Assembly: GCA_022711715.1 (NCBI GenBank)
Contig: JAKLEC010000003.1
Span: 1,256 to 65,255, forward strand
Direction: 5' to 3'
DNA: 64,000 bases
DNA from: Acidobacteriota bacterium
Lineage (GTDB): Bacteria > Acidobacteriota > Aminicenantia > UBA2199
Position 1 is the first letter of the stretch. Each line of letters opens with the position of its first letter. Positions 24,930 through 34,105 of this stretch are shown here, piece after piece. The position numbers were made by a program, and so were the translations under genes. The notes under the pieces were generated by a model. The model made no database searches, was not told where the DNA came from, and saw only the letters and a list, made by a program, of their open reading frames with translations.

Positions 24930-26756
24930 TTATTTCCTAGAAGCCCGCTCAGGAAACTGGTGCAACTTGAAGACATAGGATCCGGGAGGGGCATGAAGGC
25001 GATCCGCCTGCTCGCGAATACGGGCGATCCGCTCCCGCAGCACGGGGTCATCGGCAGGAAGCCCCTCCAGCTCATGGAGGAACAGGATCGCCGCCACATA
25101 GGACGGCTCCAGGTCCAGGGCGGCCAGCGCCAGTTTTCGGGCTTCGGCCTTGCGGCCCGAATCCCGCAGGACCAGCGCCTGACGTAGCTTTAAAAACGGA
25201 TTGAACGGCTCAAGCGATTCGGCCCGGCGCAGCGGCCGCAGAATCTCATCGGCCAAATGGGGGTAAGCCAATTTACCAGCCTGGAATCCCCGGAACAGCT
25301 CCGACTCCAGGAACAGGGCCTCGCTGCCGTTGCGGTTCAAGCGCTGGGCCCGGCGCACGCGCTCCCAAGCATCGGTCCAGGCGTCCAGGTTGCCGGTTTC
25401 CGCGGCGATCATGCGCAAGTTTTCGCCCATAAAAAGCACAGGCCGCTCGTCCAGCGGGCTGAGAACCGCCGCCTGCCTGAGCAGGGAGAGCCGGCGCGAG
25501 AGATCTTTTTCGGCGGAGGCGGCAGCGAAACGCTGTTCCGCCATGTAGGGGAACAGGTAGAGCAGAACGACAATAAAAACAAGCAGTACAGACAAAAAGA
25601 GGCGCCCCGCGGGACGCAGCGAAACGAAACGGGGCCTTGAATACAGGAAATCCTGCAGGAGCAAGAAAAAGAGCATCAGGAAAAAAAAGTTGAAAAGGCA
25701 ATTGATCAAGAGGATCTGCGCCAGCAGGAAAGCCAGCAGCCATTTCGACAGATCGGACCATGGAGGGGAGAGCAACCGCCGAATGGCCGAAAACAGAGCC
25801 GCCAGCACGAATATCAGCCCCGGTGCCCCGTTTTCGACTATGATCTTCCAATAATCGCTGTGCGGGGATTCGGGAATCTTTCCGTAACGCGAAGGGCCCA
25901 TGTCTTGGGGAAAATTGAAGCGCGGCGCCGCCTCGGCAAACAGGTCGGGGCCGACCCCGGTCCAAAAATGGGCGCGAAACATGCGCGCCGACATGCTCCA
26001 GATGTCCAGGCGGTCGAAGACATAGGGATCGTGGCGCAGCGAATGGGCCAGCGAATGCCTGAAGGGATTGGGCAATACGACGAGGATGAGCAGCAGCAGG
26101 CCCAGGTAAACCATCCAGCGCCGGCGGCGAAGGAGGATCATGGCGGCCGAGAATAGGAACAGCCCCAGGAAGGCGGCCTTGGAGGCGCCGATGATCACGG
26201 CGGTCCCGTTCAGCACCAGAAGGGCGAGGCCGGCATGGGAATACCGGCGCAGAAGCAGGTGAAGGAAAACCAGGACCGCGAACGCCGAGGCGATACTCTG
26301 CAGGATGGGGTTCGCGAAGCAGGGAGTGGCGATCCCCCGCCCCCACTGCAGGGCAAACGCCGCCACCATCGCCAGCGATGAGATGGAGATCACTCCGGCC
26401 GCCAGGAACAGATACCGCTCCATGTCCCTTTTCTCCAGGAAAAAGAAAACGGCCCAGAACGAGACCAGGAAAACGTCGGCCACGAAAAGGAGCGACTTGT
26501 AGGGATGGGGGGAAAAGAAGGCGCTGAACATCAGAAACGAATTCAGGACCAGAAGAAAGGCCGAAAAACGGTGCAGGGCGATGTTTTTAAGAACTTGGAG
26601 CTTGGCCAGGGAGAAAACCGCCAGCAGGCAAACGAAACCGAGGTAATAGGCATAACCGATCTTGGCCGGAAACAGCAGCGCCCAGGCCAAAAGAAGGGAG
26701 AACTCAATTTCCTGGAAGTGCAGTCCGCTGGGCGATAGCCCCTTTAATGAAATCAT
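24930..26756 (-). CDS. O-antigen ligase (Wzy_C) family membrane protein with C-terminal TPR-like repeats
   Basis: Polytopic N-terminal part with ...FWTGVGPDLF...SPHSDYWKIIVENGAPGL. The C-terminal ~200 aa are helical-repeat/TPR-like. Confidence 0.8.
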   Translation of the reverse strand: MISLKGLSPSGLHFQEIEFSLLLAWALLFPAKIGYAYYLGFVCLLAVFSLAKLQVLKNIALHRFSAFLLVLNSFLMFSAFFSPHPYKSLLFVADVFLVSFWAVFFFLEKRDMERYLFLAAGVISISSLAMVAAFALQWGRGIATPCFANPILQSIASAFAVLVFLHLLLRRYSHAGLALLVLNGTAVIIGASKAAFLGLFLFSAAMILLRRRRWMVYLGLLLLILVVLPNPFRHSLAHSLRHDPYVFDRLDIWSMSARMFRAHFWTGVGPDLFAEAAPRFNFPQDMGPSRYGKIPESPHSDYWKIIVENGAPGLIFVLAALFSAIRRLLSPPWSDLSKWLLAFLLAQILLINCLFNFFFLMLFFLLLQDFLYSRPRFVSLRPAGRLFLSVLLVFIVVLLYLFPYMAEQRFAAASAEKDLSRRLSLLRQAAVLSPLDERPVLFMGENLRMIAAETGNLDAWTDAWERVRRAQRLNRNGSEALFLESELFRGFQAGKLAYPHLADEILRPLRRAESLEPFNPFLKLRQALVLRDSGRKAEARKLALAALDLEPSYVAAILFLHELEGLPADDPVLRERIARIREQADRLHAPPGSYVFKLHQFPERASRK

Positions 26757-28110
26757 GCCACCTCTGATATTCGTTGTTCTTCCTGTTCGCTTCCGCCGCC
26801 CGGCAGGCGTGGGCCAATGCCGTCAGATAGGCCCCGCGGCGCACGGCGATGTGCGAAACGAGATAATGGGCATACGCCTGCCCGGGAAAGGCGCCGAAGA
26901 CCCGGTCCAGGCATTTTTCCGCCGCCGGGCCATCTCCTCTTTCCCAGGCGATATGGGCCAGACCCAGCCAGGCACGGTAGGAAAACGGCTCGATCTTCAA
27001 GGCCGAGCGGTAGGAGCTCTCCGCACGCTGGGGCTTCCCGCGGCTTAGCCAAAGATCGCCCGCCTGCTGGCGGCTGGCGGCCGCGGCATGAACCAGAAGC
27101 ACGATCGCCGGCAGGAGAAGAGACGAGACATGCCGCGGCCGGACCGGTCCCGGCAAGCGGACAACTTGGGAGAGGACCAGGGAAAAGCTGATGCCAGCGG
27201 CAAAAAAGAAGTTGCCGATGTCGAACATATTGAAGCACAGGATCAGGACGCAGGCCGAGGCGAACAGGGCGTTTTCCCGGTCCGCGAAGCGGGGCAGATT
27301 CGATTTCAGCCAGTGCAGCGTCATGATGGCCAGCAGCAGGAACAAGGGCAGGCCGGCCTCGGCGGCAAACTGCAGGAAAAAATTATGGGCATAAATGGAG
27401 GTCGGCTCGTTCGCGCGAATGTGCGGGGAGACCGCCGACTCATAATTCCCCAGCCCCACGCCCAGGAGCGGGGCCTGGATGATGAGGCGGCCGGCCTGGG
27501 CCCAGTTGGCGAAGCGCAGCCTGGCCGGGGTCATTTCCCGGGCATCGGAAAACCGCAGGGCCGTGACCAGGAAAAACACCAGGGTCAGGACCATGAGCAG
27601 GGGCGCCAGGTGCCTGGCCCGGAACCTCCGTGAGGCAAAAAGATAAAACAAAATGCCGACCGTGAAGAAAAGGATGCCGCCGAAAGACTGGGTCAAGACC
27701 AGGTTGAAGGCGCCAAGGAGAAAAAGGCCGCCCCAAAAAAACTGCGCTCGGCCCCGCGAGCGGTACAGGTAGTGGACAACGAAGATCAGCAGCAGCCCGC
27801 AGACCATGGCGTACAGCGTGGGCAGGGGGAAAACGGCGAAGATCCGGCCAAAGGCAACGCGGGCGTGCAGGGCATGGGCGTAGAACGACGGTCCCGGCTC
27901 GAGCTGCCGGAGAATGGCGGGAAAAATAAGGTATTTCTGCAGGATTCCGTAAATGAAGAAGATCAGGGCGATCCCGCCGCTGATGGGGGCCAGGATTTTT
28001 TCAAGCCGGCAGCGCCGGCATAGGGAAAAAACACCCGACAGAAAAGCGAAATAGGCCAGGCGCAGCCAGAACAGCCCTTTCGCCTGGCTGGCGGAAAAAT
28101 TCAGCAGCAA
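26704..28110 (-). CDS. O-antigen ligase (Wzy_C) family membrane protein with C-terminal TPR repeats
   Basis: ...PLLGVGLGNYE...IYAHNFFLQFAAEAGLP... and a TPR tail. The TTG start at 28110 lies inside the terminator T-run, so the start is uncertain. Confidence 0.75.
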   Translation of the reverse strand: MLLNFSASQAKGLFWLRLAYFAFLSGVFSLCRRCRLEKILAPISGGIALIFFIYGILQKYLIFPAILRQLEPGPSFYAHALHARVAFGRIFAVFPLPTLYAMVCGLLLIFVVHYLYRSRGRAQFFWGGLFLLGAFNLVLTQSFGGILFFTVGILFYLFASRRFRARHLAPLLMVLTLVFFLVTALRFSDAREMTPARLRFANWAQAGRLIIQAPLLGVGLGNYESAVSPHIRANEPTSIYAHNFFLQFAAEAGLPLFLLLAIMTLHWLKSNLPRFADRENALFASACVLILCFNMFDIGNFFFAAGISFSLVLSQVVRLPGPVRPRHVSSLLLPAIVLLVHAAAASRQQAGDLWLSRGKPQRAESSYRSALKIEPFSYRAWLGLAHIAWERGDGPAAEKCLDRVFGAFPGQAYAHYLVSHIAVRRGAYLTALAHACRAAEANRKNNEYQRWHDFIKGAIAQRTALPGN

Positions 28111-28142
28111 AAAAAAAGCGGCTGGAAAATATTTCCAGCCGC
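28109..28142 (-). terminator. Rho-independent terminator/attenuator after pilin paralog 2
   Basis: The minus strand reads GCGGCTGGAAA-TAT-TTTCCAGCCGC, an 11-bp perfect stem, followed by T9. It sits between the pilin stop (28167) and the ligase ORF. Confidence 0.75.
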
Positions 28143-28166
28143 TTTCGAAGAACGAGTCGCGAACGA

Positions 28167-28646
28167 TTATCTCTTGACCTGGGGCCCGACCGTGTAGATG
28201 CCGTTGGAGAAGAAGATGTCGTTGTTGAAATCAGCCAGGCTGGTCACAGTATACAGATTGTTCGGGGGGGCGGGAATGGGGCCATTCAATTTATTGCGAC
28301 CCCAGGACTGGATCGTATACAAGTCACCGCCTGCAGCAATGGCGCTGTGATCATACCGGAAAATAGTGCCCCAGCCATCGGTTTGCGGGAGAATCTTGAT
28401 GTAGAAAGGCTGGAACCAGTTAACCGCCATGGTGTTGATTGGACCTGCCGCCACTTGCGGAGCAAACGACCAGTCAGTGATGTAGGACTCGATGGCCGAG
28501 CCGATCGACTTCATGTCGCCCATGGTCGCTTTCTGCTTGCCCTTCTGCAGGGCAACCAGCAGGTTGGGTATGGCGATGGCGGCAATGATACCGATAATGG
28601 CCACGACAATCAGCAATTCGATGAGCGTGAAACCTTTTTTATTCAT
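28167..28646 (-). CDS. Type IV pilin-like / pseudopilin protein (paralog 2)
   Basis: MNKKG/FTLIELLIVVAIIGIIAAIAIPNLL. RBS AAAGGAGG. Confidence 0.85.
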   Translation of the reverse strand: MNKKGFTLIELLIVVAIIGIIAAIAIPNLLVALQKGKQKATMGDMKSIGSAIESYITDWSFAPQVAAGPINTMAVNWFQPFYIKILPQTDGWGTIFRYDHSAIAAGGDLYTIQSWGRNKLNGPIPAPPNNLYTVTSLADFNNDIFFSNGIYTVGPQVKR

Positions 28647-28678
28647 TCGAACCTCCTTTAAGATTCACAATATATTAA

Positions 28679-28693
28679 GCAATTTCGCTGCCA
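28679..28693 (-). promoter_or_regulatory. Sigma54 (-24/-12) promoter for pilin paralog 2
   Basis: The minus strand reads TGGCAGCGAAATTGC, 33 nt upstream of the ATG at 28646. A palindrome TGACA-AATTC-TGTCA at 28766-28780 lies about 75-90 bp further upstream and is a candidate enhancer-binding-protein site. Confidence 0.6.
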
Positions 28694-28782
28694 AGCAAAA
28701 CTCTAGGTTTGAACAGGGCTTTTTGAAAATTTGTAGGGATTATTGCCAATTACCGTCAGCTGAAATGACAAATTCTGTCACA

Positions 28783-28811
28783 TTGACCGATGGTCAGTTT
28801 TGCCATAAAAC
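28783..28811 (+). promoter_or_regulatory. Sigma70-like promoter candidate for the glycan cluster (TTGACC-17-TAAAAC)
   Basis: TTGACC at 28783-28788 and TAAAAC at 28806-28811, 16 nt before the ATG at 28827. Confidence 0.35.
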
Positions 28812-28826
28812 GCAGGTTCTGTTAAT

Positions 28827-29834
28827 ATGACAAATGCTGGAAACATGTTCAACAATTGGATCAACATCCACGATCTAGAGCGGTTCTGGGAAAAGGCCGG
28901 CAGCGGCGGGTGGCGGCAGATTGTCAGGAGGGCATCGGCTGCCAAACAGGATCGAACCCGGTCAGCCTGGGAGCATACACAAAGCCCCCCCATTCATGCC
29001 TGGGAAATTCCGGAGCTGCGCCGGCGCTGGAATTTCATGGTATCCGGGAACGCCCAGATCGATCACGTCGCCCATGTCAAAAACAATTTCCTGGCGGGGA
29101 AAACGGGCCTTGCCGCCTTCTCGCCCGGCTGCGGCGGCGGCGGCAACGAGATGAGCTGGGCCCGGACCGGCCTCTTCCGGCGCATCGACGCCTGTGACCT
29201 TTCGCAGCCGCGCATCGCCGCCGCCCGACGGGCCGCCGAACAAGCGGGCCTGGACCGGATCCTGAACTTCCAGGTGGGCGACGTGGGCTCAATGGCCGGA
29301 GCCGGCCCCTACGACCTGGTGATCACCGAAGGCGCGCTCCATCATTTCTTCCCCATGCGCCGCGCGCTGGAAGAGATACGGGACATGCTCAGGCCCGGCG
29401 GCTTCCTGGTGATCAACGAATTCGTCGGCCCCTCCCGTTTCCAATGGACGGGGCGGCAGCTGCAGGCGGCCAATGAACTGCTGAACCAGATCCCGGAGGC
29501 ATACCGGCGGCGCTGGGAGAACGGCAGGGTCAAGAAAAGGATCGACGCGCCGGGGCGCCTGCGCATGATGCTGGCGGACCCCTCCGAGGCGGCCGAGTCT
29601 TCGGCGATCCTGCCTTTGCTCAATGAAATGTTCCTGCCGCTGGAGGTCAAGGAGAAGGGCGGCACCCTCGCCTGCCTGGTATTCCACGGCATCGCCCACC
29701 ACTTCCTGGAACCCGAAGCAGAAGCCGAAGCAGTCCTGCGCCGTTGCTTCGCAGTTGAGGACAGCCTCATGAAAAGCGGCGAGATCACCAGCGATTATGT
29801 CTTCGGGGTATTTGGCAACCGGGCAGGCGGATAG
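28827..29834 (+). CDS. Class I SAM-dependent methyltransferase
   Basis: ...YDLVITEGALHHFFPMRRALEEIRDMLRPGGFLVINEF... (motifs II/III). Start uncertain. Confidence 0.7.
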   Translation: MTNAGNMFNNWINIHDLERFWEKAGSGGWRQIVRRASAAKQDRTRSAWEHTQSPPIHAWEIPELRRRWNFMVSGNAQIDHVAHVKNNFLAGKTGLAAFSPGCGGGGNEMSWARTGLFRRIDACDLSQPRIAAARRAAEQAGLDRILNFQVGDVGSMAGAGPYDLVITEGALHHFFPMRRALEEIRDMLRPGGFLVINEFVGPSRFQWTGRQLQAANELLNQIPEAYRRRWENGRVKKRIDAPGRLRMMLADPSEAAESSAILPLLNEMFLPLEVKEKGGTLACLVFHGIAHHFLEPEAEAEAVLRRCFAVEDSLMKSGEITSDYVFGVFGNRAGG

Positions 29835-29871
29835 CCGGCGATTATTGCCGGCGGTCTGCGCGGCCAGCCGG

Positions 29872-29901
29872 TTGTCAATCAAGCCTGAAATCATGTATGA
29901 T
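29872..29901 (+). promoter_or_regulatory. Sigma70-like promoter candidate (TTGTCA-18-TATGAT)
   Basis: TTGTCA at 29872-29877 and TATGAT at 29896-29901, upstream of the aminotransferase gene. Confidence 0.3.
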
Positions 29902-30027
29902 GAACATGAGATGGCCTGAGCCCATGCTTGCGCCAACAAATCCGCCAGCCCGGCCGCATGCAGCGGCGGCAGCTTAGGAAAAAGGACGGAATTCCTTCTC
30001 GGCAGACAGCCCCCAAGGAGACACAGC

Positions 30028-31140
30028 ATGCAGTTCATCGACTTACCGGCCCAGCAAAAAAGGATCCGCGAGCGGATCGAAGCCGGAATGAAACGAATAC
30101 TGGACCACGGCCAGTACATCATGGGCCCGGAAATCCGCGAGCTTGAGGCAAAGCTGGCCGCCTTCACCGGCTCGCGTTACGCCGTGGCCGTGGCCAGCGG
30201 CACCGACGCCCTGCTCATGCCGCTGCTGGCCGAAAACGTCGGGCGGGGCGACGCCGTTTTCGTCCCCACGTTCACGTTCATCGCCACCGCCGGCGCCGTC
30301 GCCCTCACCGGGGCGACGCCGGTCTTCGTTGACATCGACCCGGAAACGTTCAATATCGACCCGGCAAGCCTCGAGGGGGCGATAGAAAAAATCATTGCCG
30401 AGAAAAAACTCACGCCCAGGGGAATCATGCCGGTCGACCTGTTCGGCCAGCCCGCCGATTACGACGCCATCCAGGCCATCGCCGACAAGCACCGGATGTT
30501 CGTCCTGGAGGACGCGGCCCAGAGTTTCGGCGCCGGCCAAAAGGGGAGGAAGGCCGGCGCGCTGGCCCGGGTGGCGGGGACGAGCTTCTTCCCGGCCAAG
30601 CCGCTGGGCTGTTATGGCGATGGCGGCATGGTCTTCACCGATGACACGGCCGTTCATGAGCAGCTGCTGTCCATCCGCGTGCACGGCCAGGGGGCCGACA
30701 AGTACACCAACGTGCGGGTGGGCATCAACGGCCGCATGGACTCCCTGCAGGCGTCCGTGCTGCTGGCCAAAATGGATATCTTTCCCGAGGAGATCGAACT
30801 GCGCCAGCAGGTCGCCGGCCGTTACGACCGGCTGCTGGCCGGAGCCGTGAAAACGCCCAGGATCCTGCCCGGGAATGTCTCCGCCTGGGCACAGTACTCG
30901 GTTCTCCATCCGCACCGCGACAAGGTCATCGCCAAGCTGCGCGAGGAAGGCATCCCGACCGCCGTTTATTACCCGATCCCCCTGCACATGCAGCAGGCCT
31001 TCGCTGGCCTGGGATACCGCCAGGGAGACTTCCCGGTCGCCGAAAAGACCGCCAACGAGATATTCAGCCTGCCCATGCACCCCTATCTGCAGCCAGCGGA
31101 CCAGGAGCGGATCGCCGAGGTCATCACTCGGTTTTCATGA
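30028..31140 (+). CDS. DegT/DnrJ/EryC1/StrS-family sugar aminotransferase
   Basis: MQFIDLPAQQKRI...GQYIMGPEIRELE...ASGTDALLM... and full-length family similarity. Confidence 0.9.
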   Translation: MQFIDLPAQQKRIRERIEAGMKRILDHGQYIMGPEIRELEAKLAAFTGSRYAVAVASGTDALLMPLLAENVGRGDAVFVPTFTFIATAGAVALTGATPVFVDIDPETFNIDPASLEGAIEKIIAEKKLTPRGIMPVDLFGQPADYDAIQAIADKHRMFVLEDAAQSFGAGQKGRKAGALARVAGTSFFPAKPLGCYGDGGMVFTDDTAVHEQLLSIRVHGQGADKYTNVRVGINGRMDSLQASVLLAKMDIFPEEIELRQQVAGRYDRLLAGAVKTPRILPGNVSAWAQYSVLHPHRDKVIAKLREEGIPTAVYYPIPLHMQQAFAGLGYRQGDFPVAEKTANEIFSLPMHPYLQPADQERIAEVITRFS

Positions 31141-32003
31141 AGAGATTCGTGCGCAAGCACTTCCCGGTCGGGGTGCAATCCTGGCTGCGAAGGGCATATT
31201 ACCGATATCCCCTCCTGCGTCGCCTGTATTATCTCCCCCAGGACGCGGCGCAGCGATTGCGGAGAAGGGGTGGTTCCATAACGCCGCCCCGATCGCTGAT
31301 CTCGGTCGGCGACGGGGATTTCGCCGCCATCGGCGGCGAATTTCTTGGATATTTCAAGGATCTGGCCGGGCTGCAGCCGGATGAAAAGGTACTTGAGATC
31401 GGCTGCGGAGTCGGCCGCATGGCCATCCCCCTGACGACGTATCTCAGCGACCAGGGAGAGTATGTTGGGTTTGATATTGTCCGGCCCGAGATCCGCTGGT
31501 GCCAGAAGCGCATCACCCCGCGCTTCCCCAACTTCCATTTCCACTATATTGACATCCACAACGAACAGACGAACCGGCGGGGCCGGCAGCAAGCCGGTTC
31601 CTGCCGTTTCCCCTTCACAGACGGTCGCTTCGACTTCGTCTTCCTGACATCCGTCTTCACCCATATGCTCCTGGAGGACATCGGGAACTACCTGCTCGAA
31701 ATCTCGCGGGTCCTGAAGCCCAACGGCCGGATGCTGGCCACCTGCTTCCTGCTGGACCCGCCAGCCCGCGAGCGGTTAAAGAAAATGAACAGCCGTTTCC
31801 GCCATGTTCATGGCGACAGCTTGGCCATCGATCCCAGGCTGCCGGAGGCCAGCATCGCCCACGAGGAAGCCGCAATCCGAAACCTGTTCAAAAAAAGCGG
31901 CCTGGCCATTCAAGATCCGGTCCGCTACGGCAATTGGAACGGACGGGAAAATTTTTTATCTTCCCAGGATATCATCGTTGCCCGAAAAAATGAATCGGAA
32001 TAA
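31137..32003 (+). CDS. Class I SAM-dependent methyltransferase
   Basis: Motif I VLEIGCGVGR and post-I/II motifs (FDFVFLTSVFTHM, LKPNGRM). Confidence 0.75.
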   Translation: MKRFVRKHFPVGVQSWLRRAYYRYPLLRRLYYLPQDAAQRLRRRGGSITPPRSLISVGDGDFAAIGGEFLGYFKDLAGLQPDEKVLEIGCGVGRMAIPLTTYLSDQGEYVGFDIVRPEIRWCQKRITPRFPNFHFHYIDIHNEQTNRRGRQQAGSCRFPFTDGRFDFVFLTSVFTHMLLEDIGNYLLEISRVLKPNGRMLATCFLLDPPARERLKKMNSRFRHVHGDSLAIDPRLPEASIAHEEAAIRNLFKKSGLAIQDPVRYGNWNGRENFLSSQDIIVARKNESE

Positions 32004-32832
32004 GGATAAGCTCCCAGTCCTACTGATCATCGAGGCCGGAAAAGGCCGCCGGCAGTTCTTCCGCGATCTGTGGAACTACCGCGAACTCTTCCTGTTCCTC
32101 TCCTGGCGCGATATCCTGGTCCGCTACAAGCAGGCGGTCCTGGGCATACTGTGGAGCGTTCTGCGCCCGCTTCTGACCATCGCCGTCTTCTCGCTGGTAT
32201 TCGGGCGGCTGGCCAAATTGCCCGCCCAGGGTGTCCCCTACCCGGTCCTGGTGTTCGCGGCCATGCTCCCCTGGCAGTTCTTTGCCGGCGCCCTACAAGA
32301 GAGCAGCAACAGCCTGCTGGGGAACACCAACCTGATCTCCAAGATCTACTTCCCGCGCCTGATCATTCCCGCCTCATCGGTCATGGTCCACCTTCTGGAC
32401 TTCCTCATTTCACTGGCGCTCCTGTTGAGCATGATGGCCTGGACCCGCTGCCTGCCCGACGCCCGCGTCCTCTTCCTGCCGCTCTTCCTGCTCCTAGCCC
32501 TGCTGCTGGCGCTGGGATGCGGTTTCTGGTTCTCGGCGCTAAACGTCAAGTACCGCGACTTCCGCTACGTCGTCCCATTCATCGTCCAGTTCGGCCTGTA
32601 CATCTCCCCGGTCGGGTTCAGCAGCACCGTCATCCCCGAACGCTGGCGGCTGCTCTATGCGCTGAACCCGTTGGTGGGCATCATCGACGGTTTCCGCTGG
32701 TCGCTGCTACGGGGCCGGGCGGAGCTCAACATGCAAGGTTTCTGGCTGTCACTCCTGCTGGTGCTGCTGGTGTTTCTTTCCGGCCTCACTTATTTCCGCC
32801 GCACCGAGCGCCTTTTCGCCGATGTTATCTGA
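31990..32832 (+). CDS. wzm: ABC-2 type polysaccharide export permease (Wzm/TagG-like)
   Basis: ...FRDLWNYRELFLFLSWRDILVRYKQAVLGILWSVLRPLL... with 6 TM. Start at the ATG at 31990. Confidence 0.85.
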   Translation: MNRNKDKLPVLLIIEAGKGRRQFFRDLWNYRELFLFLSWRDILVRYKQAVLGILWSVLRPLLTIAVFSLVFGRLAKLPAQGVPYPVLVFAAMLPWQFFAGALQESSNSLLGNTNLISKIYFPRLIIPASSVMVHLLDFLISLALLLSMMAWTRCLPDARVLFLPLFLLLALLLALGCGFWFSALNVKYRDFRYVVPFIVQFGLYISPVGFSSTVIPERWRLLYALNPLVGIIDGFRWSLLRGRAELNMQGFWLSLLLVLLVFLSGLTYFRRTERLFADVI

Positions 32833-34105
32833 AATGAAATTTGTGATTCGCGTCGCCGGCCTGGGCAAGAAATACCTCATCCGCCACCAGTCGCGGCCGC
32901 GCTACGAAACGCTGCGCGACACGCTGGCCCACGGTGCCCGGCGGCTGCTGCGAAAAAACGCCGCACCCTGCAGGGAGGACTTCTGGGCCCTGCGCGATGT
33001 TACTATTGAGGTGAAGCCAGGCGACAAGCTCGGCATCATCGGCCGCAACGGCGCCGGCAAGACCACGCTGCTAAAGATCCTCAGCCGCATCACCGAGCCC
33101 AGCGCCGGCCGGGCAGAGATCCGCGGCCGCGTGGCCAGCCTGCTTGAGGTGGGCACCGGCTTCCACCCTGAGTTGACCGGCCGGGAGAACATCTTTCTCA
33201 ACGGGGCGATCCTGGGCATGCGCCGCCACGAGATCGCGCGCAAGTTCGACGAGATCGTGACCTTCGCCGAAGTGGAAAAATTCCTCGACACGCCGGTCAA
33301 GCGCTATTCCTCGGGTATGTACGTGCGCCTGGCCTTCGCCGTAGCGGCCCACCTGGAACCGGAAATATTGATCATCGACGAGGTTCTGGCTGTGGGCGAC
33401 GCCCAGTTCCAGAAAAAGTGCCTGGGAAAGATGGGTGACGTGACGAAAGAAGGCCGGACAGTGCTGTTCGTCAGTCATAATTTGGGGGCCATCGAAACAC
33501 TTTGCGATGCGGCCATCCTTCTCGATCGTGGAAGACTGCAACAGGTCGGCGAGACGCATCAAGTGATCGCCGCCTATCTATCGACATTCGACGACGGGAC
33601 AATCGGCGATCTGCGTACGCGAACGGACCGCAGCGGTTCTGGAAAAGCGAGAATCACGGCCATCGGCATGAAGGGAGAGGGTGGGGAAGCGCTGCAACAA
33701 GTATTGTCCGGACAAGATTGCACAGTTACGATCGACTTCCACTCGTCGATTGAACTCGTCAGGCCAACGTTCAGGTTTACAATCTACAACAGCATGGGAC
33801 AGCCGCTCCTTCATTTCAACAGCTCACTCGGCGAAAAGCCCTTGACCGGCCTTTCGCGCAGCGGGTGCGCTGGCTGCCGTATCAACAAGCTCCCGCTGGC
33901 GAAAGGCAACTATCGTCTGAATGCGTCACTGGAGGACAGCGGGCTACTGCTGGACCATGTGAACGGAGCGTATTCTTTCGCAGTTGATGAAGGAAACTTC
34001 TATGGCGCCGGTCGCAATGTCATCGACTTAAAGGAGATCTGCTTGGCCGAGCAGGAATGGCTGCCTGTCGAGCCCAGACAACCCGCGGTGAAAAGTGAAA
34101 ACTAA
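32822..34105 (+). CDS. wzt: Polysaccharide export ABC ATPase (Wzt/TagH-like) with an extra C-terminal domain
   Basis: GRNGAGKTTLLK, YSSGMYVRLAFA and ILIIDEVLAVGD motifs. The ~170-aa C-terminal extension is like a Wzt carbohydrate-binding domain. Confidence 0.9.
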   Translation: MLSEMKFVIRVAGLGKKYLIRHQSRPRYETLRDTLAHGARRLLRKNAAPCREDFWALRDVTIEVKPGDKLGIIGRNGAGKTTLLKILSRITEPSAGRAEIRGRVASLLEVGTGFHPELTGRENIFLNGAILGMRRHEIARKFDEIVTFAEVEKFLDTPVKRYSSGMYVRLAFAVAAHLEPEILIIDEVLAVGDAQFQKKCLGKMGDVTKEGRTVLFVSHNLGAIETLCDAAILLDRGRLQQVGETHQVIAAYLSTFDDGTIGDLRTRTDRSGSGKARITAIGMKGEGGEALQQVLSGQDCTVTIDFHSSIELVRPTFRFTIYNSMGQPLLHFNSSLGEKPLTGLSRSGCAGCRINKLPLAKGNYRLNASLEDSGLLLDHVNGAYSFAVDEGNFYGAGRNVIDLKEICLAEQEWLPVEPRQPAVKSEN

